A stretch of 61,972 nt of DNA, the filler included, from Nitrospinae bacterium RIFCSPLOWO2_12_FULL_45_22 (GTDB taxonomy: Bacteria; 2-12-FULL-45-22): NCBI GenBank assembly GCA_001803565.1. It is 6 parts of 6 records of this genome, joined end to end, with 100 filler letters (N's around TTAATTAATTAA, not from the genome) between each part and the next. Parts side by side here need not be neighbours in the genome. Positions count along the whole stretch, not along the records: positions 1 to 9,777 come from MHDQ01000009.1; 5 more parts are not named here. The stretch is one strand, 5' to 3'. The notes under the pieces are model-generated. The model ran no database searches and was not told the origin of the DNA. It saw only the letters and a list, made by a program, of their open reading frames with translations. Shown piece by piece: positions 1 to 9,877 of the stretch. Position 1 is the first letter of the stretch. Each line of letters begins with the position of its first letter. A program made the position numbers and the translations under genes.

Positions 1-450
1 AGCATATTACTTTTAAGTTCCATTTCTTCTTTTTTAAATACCTTAAGATATATGGAGAGCAAGCCCCAATATTATGGAACTTCTCAATTAGATAAAGAGA
101 TGGGTATGTGGATACAAAAAAACCTTCCTCCTCAGAAAAGGGTCCTGGCCGAGGAGTTCTTCTTAATTCCGGAACTAAGTGGCCTCTTCGTGCCTGTATA
201 TATATATGGTCAACATGTTGTACCTAGAAAAGAATATCAGGATGCTATAAAATTTCTAGACATAGAGGCATTAAAAAACCTAGATATAGATTATATATAC
301 CTAACAAAAAAAATGTTTGATAACTTATCCCAGAAAGGCAAAGAAAGGCTAAAAGATATACAATACTTTACGGAAATATTCACCGTTTCCGCCCATCAAC
401 AAAAGGTTGATTGGCGAAAATTGTATCAGTTTGTAGACAAAACAGAATAG
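1..450 (+). CDS. C-terminal part of a membrane protein, possibly GT-C-like glycosyltransferase
   Basis: Frame open from base 1 (SILLLSSISSFLNTLRYM...), so the start lies outside the window; hydrophobic segment then soluble tail; AT-rich. Confidence 0.4.
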   Translation, partial: SILLLSSISSFLNTLRYMESKPQYYGTSQLDKEMGMWIQKNLPPQKRVLAEEFFLIPELSGLFVPVYIYGQHVVPRKEYQDAIKFLDIEALKNLDIDYIYLTKKMFDNLSQKGKERLKDIQYFTEIFTVSAHQQKVDWRKLYQFVDKTE

Positions 451-543
451 AACTATTCAAAGAGGTAAGTAGGGTTCATAAGCATTTATTTTTAGGGGGG
501 AAGCCCGGGCATCAAAATTAAGAAAGCATTAAGGTTATGCTTA

Positions 544-705
544 ATGTTATCAAGGATTACTTTCGCCCTAAAGCAAAATCGCTGGTGGTTATTATTATTA
601 TTAGGACTTCTTTGCGTGATCATCCTTACCTTTAAGATACCCTACCAAGAGCGAGATGATGACGGTTACTATACTCATATTCTGCTGGAGGAGTTGAGAT
701 CTTAG
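544..705 (+). pseudogene. Short ORF or truncated N-terminus of a membrane protein (53 aa)
   Basis: MLSRITFALKQNRWWLLLLLGLLCVIILTFKIPYQERDDDGYYTHILLEELRS*; TM helix then an acidic DDDGYY loop as in GT-C N-termini. Confidence 0.3.
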
Positions 706-707
706 GA

Positions 708-737
708 TTGACAAAGGCATTAAAAAGGGGTTATCTT
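708..737 (+). promoter_or_regulatory. sigma70-like promoter
   Basis: TTGACA-N18-TATCTT upstream of the CDS at 771. Confidence 0.5.
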
Positions 738-770
738 ACCAGGGATGAATAAAGGGGTTGCAAAGGCGTT

Positions 771-1406
771 ATGCGTACATCTACAGAGATAAAAGAGAGA
801 TTAGAGAAGGTATTTGATAAGGCCCAGGCATCTGTCCTGATCGAGGTAATAGTTGATGCCTATGGTGAACTGGTAAAGGCCGGTGATTTTAATGAACTTA
901 AGGCAATAGTAAAGGAGTTGGCCGAAGCCCAGAGAAGGACAGAGATTAAGGTAGCGGAGCTTGCTGAAGATATAAGAATTCTTGTAAGGGGGTTGGGTGA
1001 GACCAGGAGCGAGGTTGGCGGCTTATCCAGGAGTGTAAGCTATGCCCTGGAGAATGAGGCATACCGGGGGCTCCCAAAGGTATTGAAAAGGAGCTATGGC
1101 ATTGAGCTTAAGGATAGGTTAATAAGGGCTGAGATTGGAGGCAAGGAGATAAATATTTTTGGCAGGGCAAAGAGGGATGGGAGGGATGTATTAGTTGTAG
1201 GGGAGGCAAAATTAAGGCTTGATGAGAGGAGGAAGAAGGGCGAGAGGGATGTATTTGAAGAGTTAGAGGAGAAGGGCAGGGCAGTCAGGTGGGAGTATGG
1301 AGAAGAGGAGATAGTTAGCGTACTGATAACCCATTATGCTACTAAGGGGTTTATGAGGGAAGCGAAAGAAAGAAATATAATAGTAATTCAGAGCTTTGAG
1401 TGGTAG
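771..1406 (+). CDS. Coiled-coil + degenerate PD-(D/E)XK nuclease-like protein (DUF3782-like)
   Basis: Heptad repeat ELAEAQRRTE, then EINIFG...VVGEAK motif. Confidence 0.65.
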   Translation: MRTSTEIKERLEKVFDKAQASVLIEVIVDAYGELVKAGDFNELKAIVKELAEAQRRTEIKVAELAEDIRILVRGLGETRSEVGGLSRSVSYALENEAYRGLPKVLKRSYGIELKDRLIRAEIGGKEINIFGRAKRDGRDVLVVGEAKLRLDERRKKGERDVFEELEEKGRAVRWEYGEEEIVSVLITHYATKGFMREAKERNIIVIQSFEW

Positions 1407-1505
1407 ATATCCTGAGGCAAAACCAGCATGGTATAACCTGAATCCGCCAAGACCCTGACCATCCCTGGCCGTAGCTTTTTCGGTTCTAGATAGCCCCCTT
1501 GTAAA

Positions 1506-1575
1506 AGTTATGACCTCGGTGAGAAAAAAGAGCTTTACCAAGAGCATGGCATTTTTGAGATGTGGTATAATAGAT
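1506..1575 (+). pseudogene. Uma2/DUF820 endonuclease remnant
   Basis: Translates SYDLGEKKELYQEHGIFEMW, matching the Uma2 D...K...Y...G..EYW motif. Confidence 0.45.
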
Positions 1576-1623
1576 ATAAATTATTAATTCAACAAATCCG
1601 TTAAGACAAGGAGGGGAAAGATA

Positions 1624-2313
1624 ATGGATATAACTGCTCTGGTCATTGGTCCCTGGAAGGCCTTCTGGGCTAAGATAATGGCTTTTTTACCTGGATTCTT
1701 TGCGGCCATAGCTATCCTGGTAGTAGGTTGGATGGGCGCTAAACTGGCTAAAGTCGGTGTGGTCAATCTCCTTAAATTACTCCATTTCGAGAAGGCTACT
1801 GATAAAGCCGGGATAAAAGAGTTGCTACTAAAAGGGGATATTCGTGAAACACCTTCAGACCTGATAGGGATACTGGTCTATTGGCTGGTGATGCTCTTGG
1901 TACTGACAGTAGCCCTTAATACCCTGGGATTACAAACAGTATCCGAACTATTCAACCAGATTTTACTATACATTCCTAACGTAATAGCCGCGGTAGTAGT
2001 ATTGATTTTGGGGCTCTTTTTTGCCAACTTCCTCCAAAGTGTGGTAACTACTGCGTGTTCCAATGCTGGCGTACCTCAAGCAGAAGCTTTAGGGAAGATA
2101 ACTCTCTATGCTATCATAGTCTTTACTGCGGCCCTGGGCTTAACCCAATTGGGTATTGCCTCGGAAATTGTTAGCCAGGCATTTATATTGATATTTGGCG
2201 CGTTCTGTCTGGCTTTGGGCCTGGCTTTTGGCTTAGGGGGAAGAGATATTGCCGCCCGCTACCTGGATAAATGGCTAAAACCATCCGAAGAGTCTGATCA
2301 AGATCAATCCTAA
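1624..2313 (+). CDS. TM-helix repeat membrane protein (MscS-associated/CmpX-like)
   Basis: Two repeats of the LP...AA..IL..G helix motif, C-terminal AFGLGGRD, RBS GGAGG, extended -10 TGGTATAAT at 1563-1571. Confidence 0.8.
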   Translation: MDITALVIGPWKAFWAKIMAFLPGFFAAIAILVVGWMGAKLAKVGVVNLLKLLHFEKATDKAGIKELLLKGDIRETPSDLIGILVYWLVMLLVLTVALNTLGLQTVSELFNQILLYIPNVIAAVVVLILGLFFANFLQSVVTTACSNAGVPQAEALGKITLYAIIVFTAALGLTQLGIASEIVSQAFILIFGAFCLALGLAFGLGGRDIAARYLDKWLKPSEESDQDQS

Positions 2314-2473
2314 CAGTTCACGGGGTTCAGTTAACAGGGTTCAGGAAAAGACTTTAATTTTTGAATAGTCATCAATATTTGGAGATTGAGCGAAAGATGT
2401 CTTTGAGAAAAAGATTGCCTGACAACTGATCCCTGGCCCCCGTGAACTGTTACGAACAATCCTAGAGAAAGTT

Positions 2474-2944
2474 TCAACCAGCATAAGAGCCGTAATAATC
2501 CTCGCTAGAAAGCAGAGGGGCATCGCCGTACCAGCAAGCCCTTATCACTTCTGCAATAAAAAGGGTATGGTCCCCGGGTTGATAAGAAGATACTACCTTA
2601 CACTCAACAAAACCAATGGAATCCGTGAGGAGCGGGGTGCCAGTGATGCCCCGCTCAAAATTGATCCCTTTAAACTTCTCTTCTTTCGCTACCCCTTTCT
2701 GCATAAACTGATCCATAATCGGCCGCTGATCTTTTCTTAGAAGATTAAGGGCAAAACTACCGGAGGATTTTATCATATTGTGCGAGTAGCGGTCTTTATG
2801 AACCGCTACCATTATTAATTGGGGATCAAAGGATATTTGGGATACCCAGGAGACGGGCATACCATTTATCTCTTCTCCCTTACAACAAGTGAGCAGATAC
2901 ACACCATAAAGGAATTTTTGCAAAACCTGTCTCGTTGCGTCCAT
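2474..2944 (-). CDS. Flavin reductase family protein
   Basis: YGVYLLT, NGMPVSWVSQISFDP, GDHTLFIAEV motifs. Confidence 0.9.
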   Translation of the reverse strand: MDATRQVLQKFLYGVYLLTCCKGEEINGMPVSWVSQISFDPQLIMVAVHKDRYSHNMIKSSGSFALNLLRKDQRPIMDQFMQKGVAKEEKFKGINFERGITGTPLLTDSIGFVECKVVSSYQPGDHTLFIAEVIRACWYGDAPLLSSEDYYGSYAG

Positions 2945-2958
2945 AGCTTACTTCCAAA

Positions 2959-3010
2959 GTTAAATTAACGCAGGCTAAAGCCTGCGATTAACCTGAAGGT
3001 TACGGCTACC
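2959..3010. repeat. REP-like palindrome
   Basis: CGCAGGCTAAAGCCTGCG hairpin; 27 nt identical copy at 20709-20735; resembles REPs around the RAYT at 57.5-58.1 kb. Confidence 0.7.
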
Positions 3011-3049
3011 CCACATAACTGAGGCATTACTTTGGGATTATATATTGGC

Positions 3050-3078
3050 TTGACTAAGGATATAGAGATAATTATATT
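3050..3078 (+). promoter_or_regulatory. sigma70-like promoter upstream of glnE
   Basis: TTGACT-N17-TATATT. Confidence 0.55.
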
Positions 3079-3214
3079 AAATTATTGTAAGAATGCTAAG
3101 GGTTTATAGGGTAAAGAAAAGGAGGCTTGATAAACCGTTAGCTAGAAAAGATATTAATGAGCCGGGGTCTGGGGAAGCCAGCCCCGGCTTTAATTTTTTC
3201 CCTAAAGGCCTATT

Positions 3215-6200
3215 ATGATAGCAATAGCAAATTATGTAGCTAAAAACCTTCATGTTGCAGAAGAACAGAACCTTTTGGAAACCCTGGCTGATCTGGGCTT
3301 CATCGAGACCAAGAAAACCCTCCAAAACTTATACTCATTAGATAGAACGCCGGGGGTTAAGGAGTTAATCCCTCAATTAATAGCCCTGGCCGGGCTCTCT
3401 CCCAACCCTGATTTGGCCCTTATCCACCTGGAACGAGTGATTTCGGCTTATGAAACCGGGGATGGCAGTATCATCCCTGCACTACGAAAAGAAGAAAATC
3501 TTAGGGCCTTAATAATAACCTGTGCTACCAGTCCTGCTTTAGTAAATATTATGATAAGAGATACTGAGGCGCTAGTTTTACTCCTCCAGGATGAAGGTCT
3601 TACAGGAAAGAAGGACGAAGAGGAGATGACCTATGGTTTGCGCCAGCAGGTAAGAAACGCCCTTAAATTCACCGAGCTATGCTCTTCTTTGAGGCGCTAT
3701 AGGAATCGAGAGATACTCAGGATTGGTATGCGGGATTTATCGGGTATGGCCAGCCTGGAGGATACGATGACAGAGCTTTCATCCCTGGCCAGTGCCTGCC
3801 TCCAGGTAGCTTATGAATATATCCTGGCCATGCTGATAGAGCAGTATGGAAGCCCCAGATATACCGATATAGATGGCCAGGAAAAAGAAAGTCAGTTCGT
3901 CATACTGGGTTTGGGTAAGCTCGGGGGGCGGGAGCTAAATTTCAGTTCCGATATAGACCTTATTTATCTCTATTCATCCGATAAAGGAGAAACCAGTGGT
4001 GGGCCAGCCCGCGCCGGTCAATCGCCAGCAAGACTTTCATTGCCTCAGTTCTATACCCGCCTGGCGGAATTAATTACCAGGGCCATTAGTGAGCCTATGG
4101 AAGAAGGGCTGGTCTTTAGAGTAGACCTGCGTTTAAGGCCGGAGGGTTCTAAGGGCAATCTGTCTAATTCATTACGCAGCGCTGAAATATACTATGAATC
4201 CTGGGGACGGCCCTGGGAGCGGGCAGCATTGCTAAAAGCCCGGCCCGTAGCTGGTAATAAAGCGCTAGGAGAGTGTTTCCTCGAGATCGTACAGCCCTTT
4301 ATCTACCGGAAATATCTGGACTATACCATGATAGAAGAGATAAGGGAAATGAAAGAAGAAATTGATCGCCGGGCAGCCCGGGAGGAGCTAAGAGGGAAAA
4401 ACATAAAACTGGGCGCTGGGGGCATCAGAGAGATAGAATTTTTTATCCAGGCTATTCAACTTATCAATAGTGGTAAGGACCCGGCTATTAGAGAATCAAA
4501 TACCCTAAAAGCCCTGGTTAAGCTCAGGGACAGGAAATACTTACAGAACGATGAATACCATGCCCTGGAACAAGCCTATAAATTTCTCCGCCAGGTAGAG
4601 CATAAGATCCAGATCGTCTATTCCAGGCAGACCCACTTATTGCCCAGAAATCCTCATGAGATATTCCGATTAGCCCGGCGTGTAGGCTATAAAGACTCTG
4701 AATCTTTCCTGGCTGATTTGGAAAACCATACCCAACAGGTAAAGGATATCTATAGCCGATTGTTTTATGGTCCTACCCAGGAGATAGAGGAAGGGTTTAA
4801 GGCCGACATATCGGAGCTCTTAAGAGATGATCTTCCTAAAGAAGAGATTCTAGCCCGATTACTGGATTGTGGTTTTAAAGACCCGGTGGGGGCTCAGGGC
4901 CGTTTACGGCTCCTTAGAGAGGGACCACCTTTTGTCCATTTTTCTGCCAGGGCGAATCGCTTATTAAGAAGAGTCAGCCCTATCATACTCCAGGAGCTGA
5001 TAGGAGCGCCAGACCCAGATGCGGCCCTAATAAATCTAGAAGGGTTTCTTTCCACCATAGGGGCCCGGACTACCTTCTTGTCCCTCCTGGCTGAAAACCC
5101 ACCTGTGGTAAAATTACTTGTTCGGTTATTTGGCGGCAGCGACTATCTTGCTCGGCTCTTTATCCATCACCCAGAACTGCTAGACAGCCTGGTGAGGGCC
5201 GATGCTGCAGAGATTAACAAATCCAGGTTAACCATGGCCCAGGAGCTAGAAGAGGCCCTTCAGGGATTAAAAAACTACGAAGATAAGTTGGATGAGCTGC
5301 GGCGGTTTAAGAATGGAGAGACTTTACGACTGGGTATGGCGGCCTTAGCTGGCGAGTTGGACCGTTGCGAAGAGTCCAGGCAGATAACTAATTTAGCTGA
5401 GGTATGCCTGCAAAAAGCTTATGACATTAGTACCCAGGAATTAGAAAAGAAGTACGGCTATCCTTTCTATAAGACGGCCCAGGACCGTACCCGACCCGCT
5501 CAATTGACTATTATAGGCCTGGGGAGATTAGGGGACAGGGAAATGAGTTATAACTCTGACCTGGACATTATCTTTATCTATTCCCATGAAGGAGAAGCCA
5601 TGTCCAATCAAGGCCCAACCATATCTAACCATGAATTGTTTGTAAAGCTGGCCCAAAAGATCATCACTACCCTGAGTTGCCTTACTAAAGAAGGGTATGT
5701 CTTTAAGGTTGATACCCGGCTTCGGCCTTCGGGCAACGCCGGGCCTCTGGTATCATCGCTCCGGGCCTTTCAGCTTTATCATGAAGAAAGGGCCCAGGTA
5801 TGGGAACGGCAGGTACTGCTAAAAAGCCGCTGGGTAGCTGGAGATAAAAAGTTAGGGGCCAGGGTGCTCAAATTGATCCATAGCTCCATTTATCAAAGGC
5901 CGTTGAGTATACAAGAAATTCAGGATGTCCATCGCCTAAGGATGAGGATGGAAGACGAGCTGGCCCAGGAAACGGATACTAAATTTAATCTTAAGTTAGG
6001 CCAGGGGGGCATAATTGATATTCAATTCATTGTTCAACTACTGCAACTAGGATATGGCTATGCTAATAGGCAGATAAGGGAGAGAGATACCGGCAGGGCC
6101 CTAAAGAAATTATATAACCGGGGCATGTTGCCCGAGAAGGATTATTCAGCTCTTGTGGAGGCATGGGAGTTCCTCACCGAAATAGAGAGTAAGATCAGGA

Positions 6201-6379
6201 TCGCTCAGGACCGGTCTTTAGATACCCTGATGGACGATGAGGTTCAATTGGAGGCCCTGGCTAAACGGCTAGCCTACAGTTACCCAGGATCGCCACTGTC
6301 CGGCCAAAAGCTTCTGGAGAAGTATAAGCACCATACCGACCAAGTGCGCCAACTCTACCTCCATTACTTCAGTCAATAG
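3215..6379 (+). CDS. glnE: Bifunctional glutamine synthetase adenylyltransferase/adenylyl-removing enzyme
   Basis: Two nucleotidyltransferase domains (GKLGGRELNFSSDIDL; GRLGDREMSYNSDLD), VDLRLRPEG, KLGAGGIREIEF. Confidence 0.96.
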   Translation: MIAIANYVAKNLHVAEEQNLLETLADLGFIETKKTLQNLYSLDRTPGVKELIPQLIALAGLSPNPDLALIHLERVISAYETGDGSIIPALRKEENLRALIITCATSPALVNIMIRDTEALVLLLQDEGLTGKKDEEEMTYGLRQQVRNALKFTELCSSLRRYRNREILRIGMRDLSGMASLEDTMTELSSLASACLQVAYEYILAMLIEQYGSPRYTDIDGQEKESQFVILGLGKLGGRELNFSSDIDLIYLYSSDKGETSGGPARAGQSPARLSLPQFYTRLAELITRAISEPMEEGLVFRVDLRLRPEGSKGNLSNSLRSAEIYYESWGRPWERAALLKARPVAGNKALGECFLEIVQPFIYRKYLDYTMIEEIREMKEEIDRRAAREELRGKNIKLGAGGIREIEFFIQAIQLINSGKDPAIRESNTLKALVKLRDRKYLQNDEYHALEQAYKFLRQVEHKIQIVYSRQTHLLPRNPHEIFRLARRVGYKDSESFLADLENHTQQVKDIYSRLFYGPTQEIEEGFKADISELLRDDLPKEEILARLLDCGFKDPVGAQGRLRLLREGPPFVHFSARANRLLRRVSPIILQELIGAPDPDAALINLEGFLSTIGARTTFLSLLAENPPVVKLLVRLFGGSDYLARLFIHHPELLDSLVRADAAEINKSRLTMAQELEEALQGLKNYEDKLDELRRFKNGETLRLGMAALAGELDRCEESRQITNLAEVCLQKAYDISTQELEKKYGYPFYKTAQDRTRPAQLTIIGLGRLGDREMSYNSDLDIIFIYSHEGEAMSNQGPTISNHELFVKLAQKIITTLSCLTKEGYVFKVDTRLRPSGNAGPLVSSLRAFQLYHEERAQVWERQVLLKSRWVAGDKKLGARVLKLIHSSIYQRPLSIQEIQDVHRLRMRMEDELAQETDTKFNLKLGQGGIIDIQFIVQLLQLGYGYANRQIRERDTGRALKKLYNRGMLPEKDYSALVEAWEFLTEIESKIRIAQDRSLDTLMDDEVQLEALAKRLAYSYPGSPLSGQKLLEKYKHHTDQVRQLYLHYFSQ

Positions 6380-6386
6380 ATCAATT

Positions 6387-6544
6387 GTAATTGCTCAATA
6401 TTTTATGGGAAAGTAACGATTAAGACTCTTGTCATTCCTGCGGAAGCAGGAATCCAGGTTTTTTTATAATAGGCTATTCTGGATTCCCACTTTCGTGGGA
6501 ATGACAGAATCGAGAATCTATTCCACATGTTATTGAGCAGTTAC
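6387..6544. mobile_element. MITE with 8-bp target-site duplication
   Basis: TIRs GTAATTGCTCAATA / TATTGAGCAGTTAC; GATCAATT at 6379-6386 and 6545-6552; internal GTCATTCC..GGAATCCAG / CTGGATTCC..GGAATGAC palindrome. Confidence 0.85.
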
Positions 6545-6693
6545 GATCAATTACCCATTAATGTTCTAATAAATTGATTCCACATTCTAAAAAACCTTCA
6601 TGACTAAAGGGGCGATGCGAGCTATGAAAATATTGTAGGCACGGATTTATCCCTCTTATTTTGGCTAAATATTTACAAAGGATTTAATATTTA

Positions 6694-7083
6694 ATGCAAA
6701 CCAGGGGACAGGTTACCGCAGAACTAAGCAAGGCTATAATAAAGTTTGAAAGGGGACATATGGGTAGAGGGCCCAAAGAGGTCCAGACCCATCTGGTCAA
6801 TGATATGGTAGTGATAAGATTGAAAGGGGTTTTGACGGCCGCTGAGCATAAATTAGCTAGAAACAATGAAGGTATAGACCTAATAAAAAGGGTTAGATCA
6901 AATCTGCTGGAGCATTCCAGGTCATTGCTAGAAGAGATTATTTTTGAAATATTAGGGACCAGGGTTATTAGTATGCATACCGATATAAGTACGAAGACTG
7001 GCGACCGGGTCATTATCTTCATGGTGGAGGAAAATTTAGAGCAAAAATATCCTTGCTCTTCAAAAGAGAAAAAGATAAAATAA
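6694..7083 (+). CDS. DUF2294 / MpsC-family protein
   Basis: T.GQ..AE.S.AIIKFE...MGRGP, L.GVLT.AE, SMHTDISTKTG.RVIIF. Confidence 0.9.
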   Translation: MQTRGQVTAELSKAIIKFERGHMGRGPKEVQTHLVNDMVVIRLKGVLTAAEHKLARNNEGIDLIKRVRSNLLEHSRSLLEEIIFEILGTRVISMHTDISTKTGDRVIIFMVEENLEQKYPCSSKEKKIK

Positions 7084-7090
7084 GCAACGA

Positions 7091-7196
7091 TTGGCAGACA
7101 AGAGAGGAGGCAGTCCCCTGAAAAGGGGAAGGCAGTCTGTAAGGTAAGCCAACAGCGAATCTTTCACTTGAAGGTTACTGTTGGCTTTTTTATTTT
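7091..7196 (+). promoter_or_regulatory. Structured leader with intrinsic terminator upstream of pckA (candidate attenuator)
   Basis: TCCCCT-GAAA-AGGGGA hairpin inside CAGAC/GTCTG stem; terminator AAGCCAACAG...CTGTTGGCTT + U-tract (7146-7196). Confidence 0.7.
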
Positions 7197-7301
7197 GGGG
7201 AAAAGTTCATGGCCTTAGGGTACTAAAAGAAAGTTATAGTGAACAGCGGCTAGGAACCAGGCCGGATAATGGTTTTGCTGCAAGGAGATGAGGGGGTTAA
7301 C

Positions 7302-8933
7302 ATGGAAGAGATAAAAGGGATTTTGGAGACGATAAAAAATTTGAAGGGTTTACCCAATGTAAAAGAGCCAAGTTTCCAGGCACTAAGGTCCCAGGCAGAG
7401 ATATTTGGGACAGAAACCATATGGGGAAACTACAACTTTGTCTCTACCGTCAAAAATAGATCGGCTGGCCTTACGGTATATACCGGTTCAGATGAGGTGA
7501 TGAATAGGAACTGGTCTGCCCGCCAAAGGGAGATTATTAAAGGGGTGCCGGATACTCTCAGGTTGATTCAAGAATATATAAAGCAAGCACCGTTTATCTA
7601 TGTGAGAAGAAATATGGGGAAGAATAATGTCTTCAGCCCATTATGTAACCTTTTTGTCTCGGTACAGCGAAAGGAGATGATCAGACTGGCCTATATGTGG
7701 GCCCAGACCCTTTCCCCCCCGCTTGATACCCCTGGCCCGCAACAATATCTTGTCTATATACCTGAATGGCAGGAGAAGGACAGGCAGATACTTGTTTTCC
7801 CGGAAGTTAGCACTACCTTTGTATTAGGCTCTGACTATTATGGAGAGTCAAAGAAAGGTCATCTGCGGATGGCCATGTGGAATGTTAAACAGCAGGGTAT
7901 GCTGGGGCTACATGCCGGTTCTAAAATTATTTATGCCAGAGATACTAAAACTAATAATATAAAAAAATATGGTATACTTATCTTTGGTCTTACAGCTACC
8001 GGTAAGACTACCCATTCCTGCCACGACCATGGTCTTGATTTACCTGGTGAGGGGATTGAGATATTGCAAGATGATGTAGTCTTTCTGAGAAAGGATGGTT
8101 CTTGCCTGGGTACCGAGAAGGGTTTTTATCTGAAGACGGAAGGTGTGAATCCCCAAACCCAACCTGTTATCTATCAGGCCGCTACTTCCAGGGATTGCAT
8201 CTTTGAGAATGTCTTTGTTAATTATCGAGGGGAGGTCGATTTCGATAATGAGACCCTCACCAGTAACGGCCGTGGTGTTATGCAGCGGGATGATTTTGGT
8301 AAACTTAAGGGTGAAGATATCAATTTACCACCTGTAGCTGACCTTGATGGTCTGATCATACTATTTATTACCCGGCGCAATAATATTGTCCCAATCCTTT
8401 CTAAATTAAATCTGGAGCAGGCCGCCTGCGCCTTTATGCTGGGTGAGTCTATTGAATCTTCCGGTAGTGACCCCAAAAGGGCGGGCGAGTCTGTTAGGGA
8501 AGTAGGGACGAACCCCTTCATCATCGGCGATTTTGCTGAAGAAGGTAATCGCTTCTATGATATCATAAGCCAATACCCAGAGAAGGTAGAATGTTATTTA
8601 GTTAATACTGGTGGCGTAGGGGAGATAGTAGAACTCCTTGATGATGGGGCCAAGGTAGTTAAGCAAAAGGTCCTCCGGCCAGAAATACCAGAGACAGCAG
8701 CCAATATCAGAAACATTGTCCGGGGTACTATCGAATGGGAAAAGGAGCCTTATTTTGGTACCCTGGTACCCAAAAGAGTTGCTGAAGGTATAGATATTGA
8801 CAAGTTTAATCCCCAAAAATTCTATACCGCTACGCAACTGGAATTATTGATTAATCAGTTGAAAGAAGAGAGGAGGAAATATATGGAGCAGTTCCCCAAA
8901 CTGTATCCTCTAATAGTTAAAGCCTTTAAATAA
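7302..8933 (+). CDS. pckA: Phosphoenolpyruvate carboxykinase (ATP)
   Basis: YYGESKKG, LHAGSK, P-loop GLTATGKTT, LQDD, NGR; start at 7302 chosen from RBS GAGGGG. Confidence 0.92.
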   Translation: MEEIKGILETIKNLKGLPNVKEPSFQALRSQAEIFGTETIWGNYNFVSTVKNRSAGLTVYTGSDEVMNRNWSARQREIIKGVPDTLRLIQEYIKQAPFIYVRRNMGKNNVFSPLCNLFVSVQRKEMIRLAYMWAQTLSPPLDTPGPQQYLVYIPEWQEKDRQILVFPEVSTTFVLGSDYYGESKKGHLRMAMWNVKQQGMLGLHAGSKIIYARDTKTNNIKKYGILIFGLTATGKTTHSCHDHGLDLPGEGIEILQDDVVFLRKDGSCLGTEKGFYLKTEGVNPQTQPVIYQAATSRDCIFENVFVNYRGEVDFDNETLTSNGRGVMQRDDFGKLKGEDINLPPVADLDGLIILFITRRNNIVPILSKLNLEQAACAFMLGESIESSGSDPKRAGESVREVGTNPFIIGDFAEEGNRFYDIISQYPEKVECYLVNTGGVGEIVELLDDGAKVVKQKVLRPEIPETAANIRNIVRGTIEWEKEPYFGTLVPKRVAEGIDIDKFNPQKFYTATQLELLINQLKEERRKYMEQFPKLYPLIVKAFK

Positions 8934-9078
8934 ACCTGGATCCAGAGCGAATCAATCTCAGCTAATTTGAATATAGCTGCAAGGCCTTCGTGGCCTAATC
9001 TATATCTATCCGTGTTTAGCCGTGGTTAAAATCCTTATCCGGGCTAAACAATTTTTATTTTCAAAGGAGGGGATTTTC

Positions 9079-9777
9079 ATGAACGTTATCAAGACAACGA
9101 TTTTAATGACAGGGTTAACTCTATTGTTTATCCTGGCTGGAGGTGCCCTGGGTGGTCGAGGGGGGATGATGATGGCCTTTATCCTGGCCTGTGTCATGAA
9201 TTTAGGCGCTTATTGGTTTAGCGATAAGATTGTCCTGCGAATGTATAGGGCCCAGGAAGTTAGCCCTAGCCAGGCACCGCAGCTCTATGGCTTAGTAAAC
9301 GAGCTGGCCCTACAGGCCCAGATGCCCATGCCCAAGGTATATATCATCCCCCAGGAGGCCCCCAATGCCTTCGCTACCGGGAGAAACCCCCAGCACGCCG
9401 CGGTAGCTGTTACTGAGGGGATAATGAAGATCCTTAGCCGGGAAGAGTTGGCTGGTGTCCTGGCCCATGAACTGGCCCATATAAAACACCGGGATATCCT
9501 TATCGGGACCATTGCTGCTACTATTGCCGGGGCTATTAGTATGCTGGCCAATATGGCCCAGTGGGCCATGATCTTTGGTGGCAGGAGGGACGAAGACGAA
9601 GGAGGAGGAGGGCATCCCCTGGTAGCTATTGCCATGATGATCATAGCCCCTATTGCCGCCATGCTTATCCAGATGGCCATATCCCGCTCCCGGGAATACC
9701 TGGCCGATGCGGGCGGGGCAAGTATATCAGGCAATCCCCTCTATCTGGCCGCGGCTTTGAAAAAATTGCAGAGAGGA
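9079..9777 (+). CDS. htpX: Zn metalloprotease HtpX (cut by contig end)
   Basis: [34 protein letters not shown]. Confidence 0.95.
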
Positions 9778-9877
9778 NNNNNNNNNNNNNNNNNNNNNNN
9801 NNNNNNNNNNNNNNNNNNNNNTTAATTAATTAANNNNNNNNNNNNNNNNNNNNNNNNNNNNNNNNNNNNNNNNNNNN
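9778..9877. other. Artificial contig linker
   Basis: N-run with central TTAATTAATTAA (stops in all frames). Confidence 0.99.

Noticed and set aside
9778-9877. Recurring TTAATTAATTAA in N-runs, and ORFs ending in LIN
   Set aside because: Artificial contig linker repeated five times; cross-linker gene neighbourhoods are meaningless
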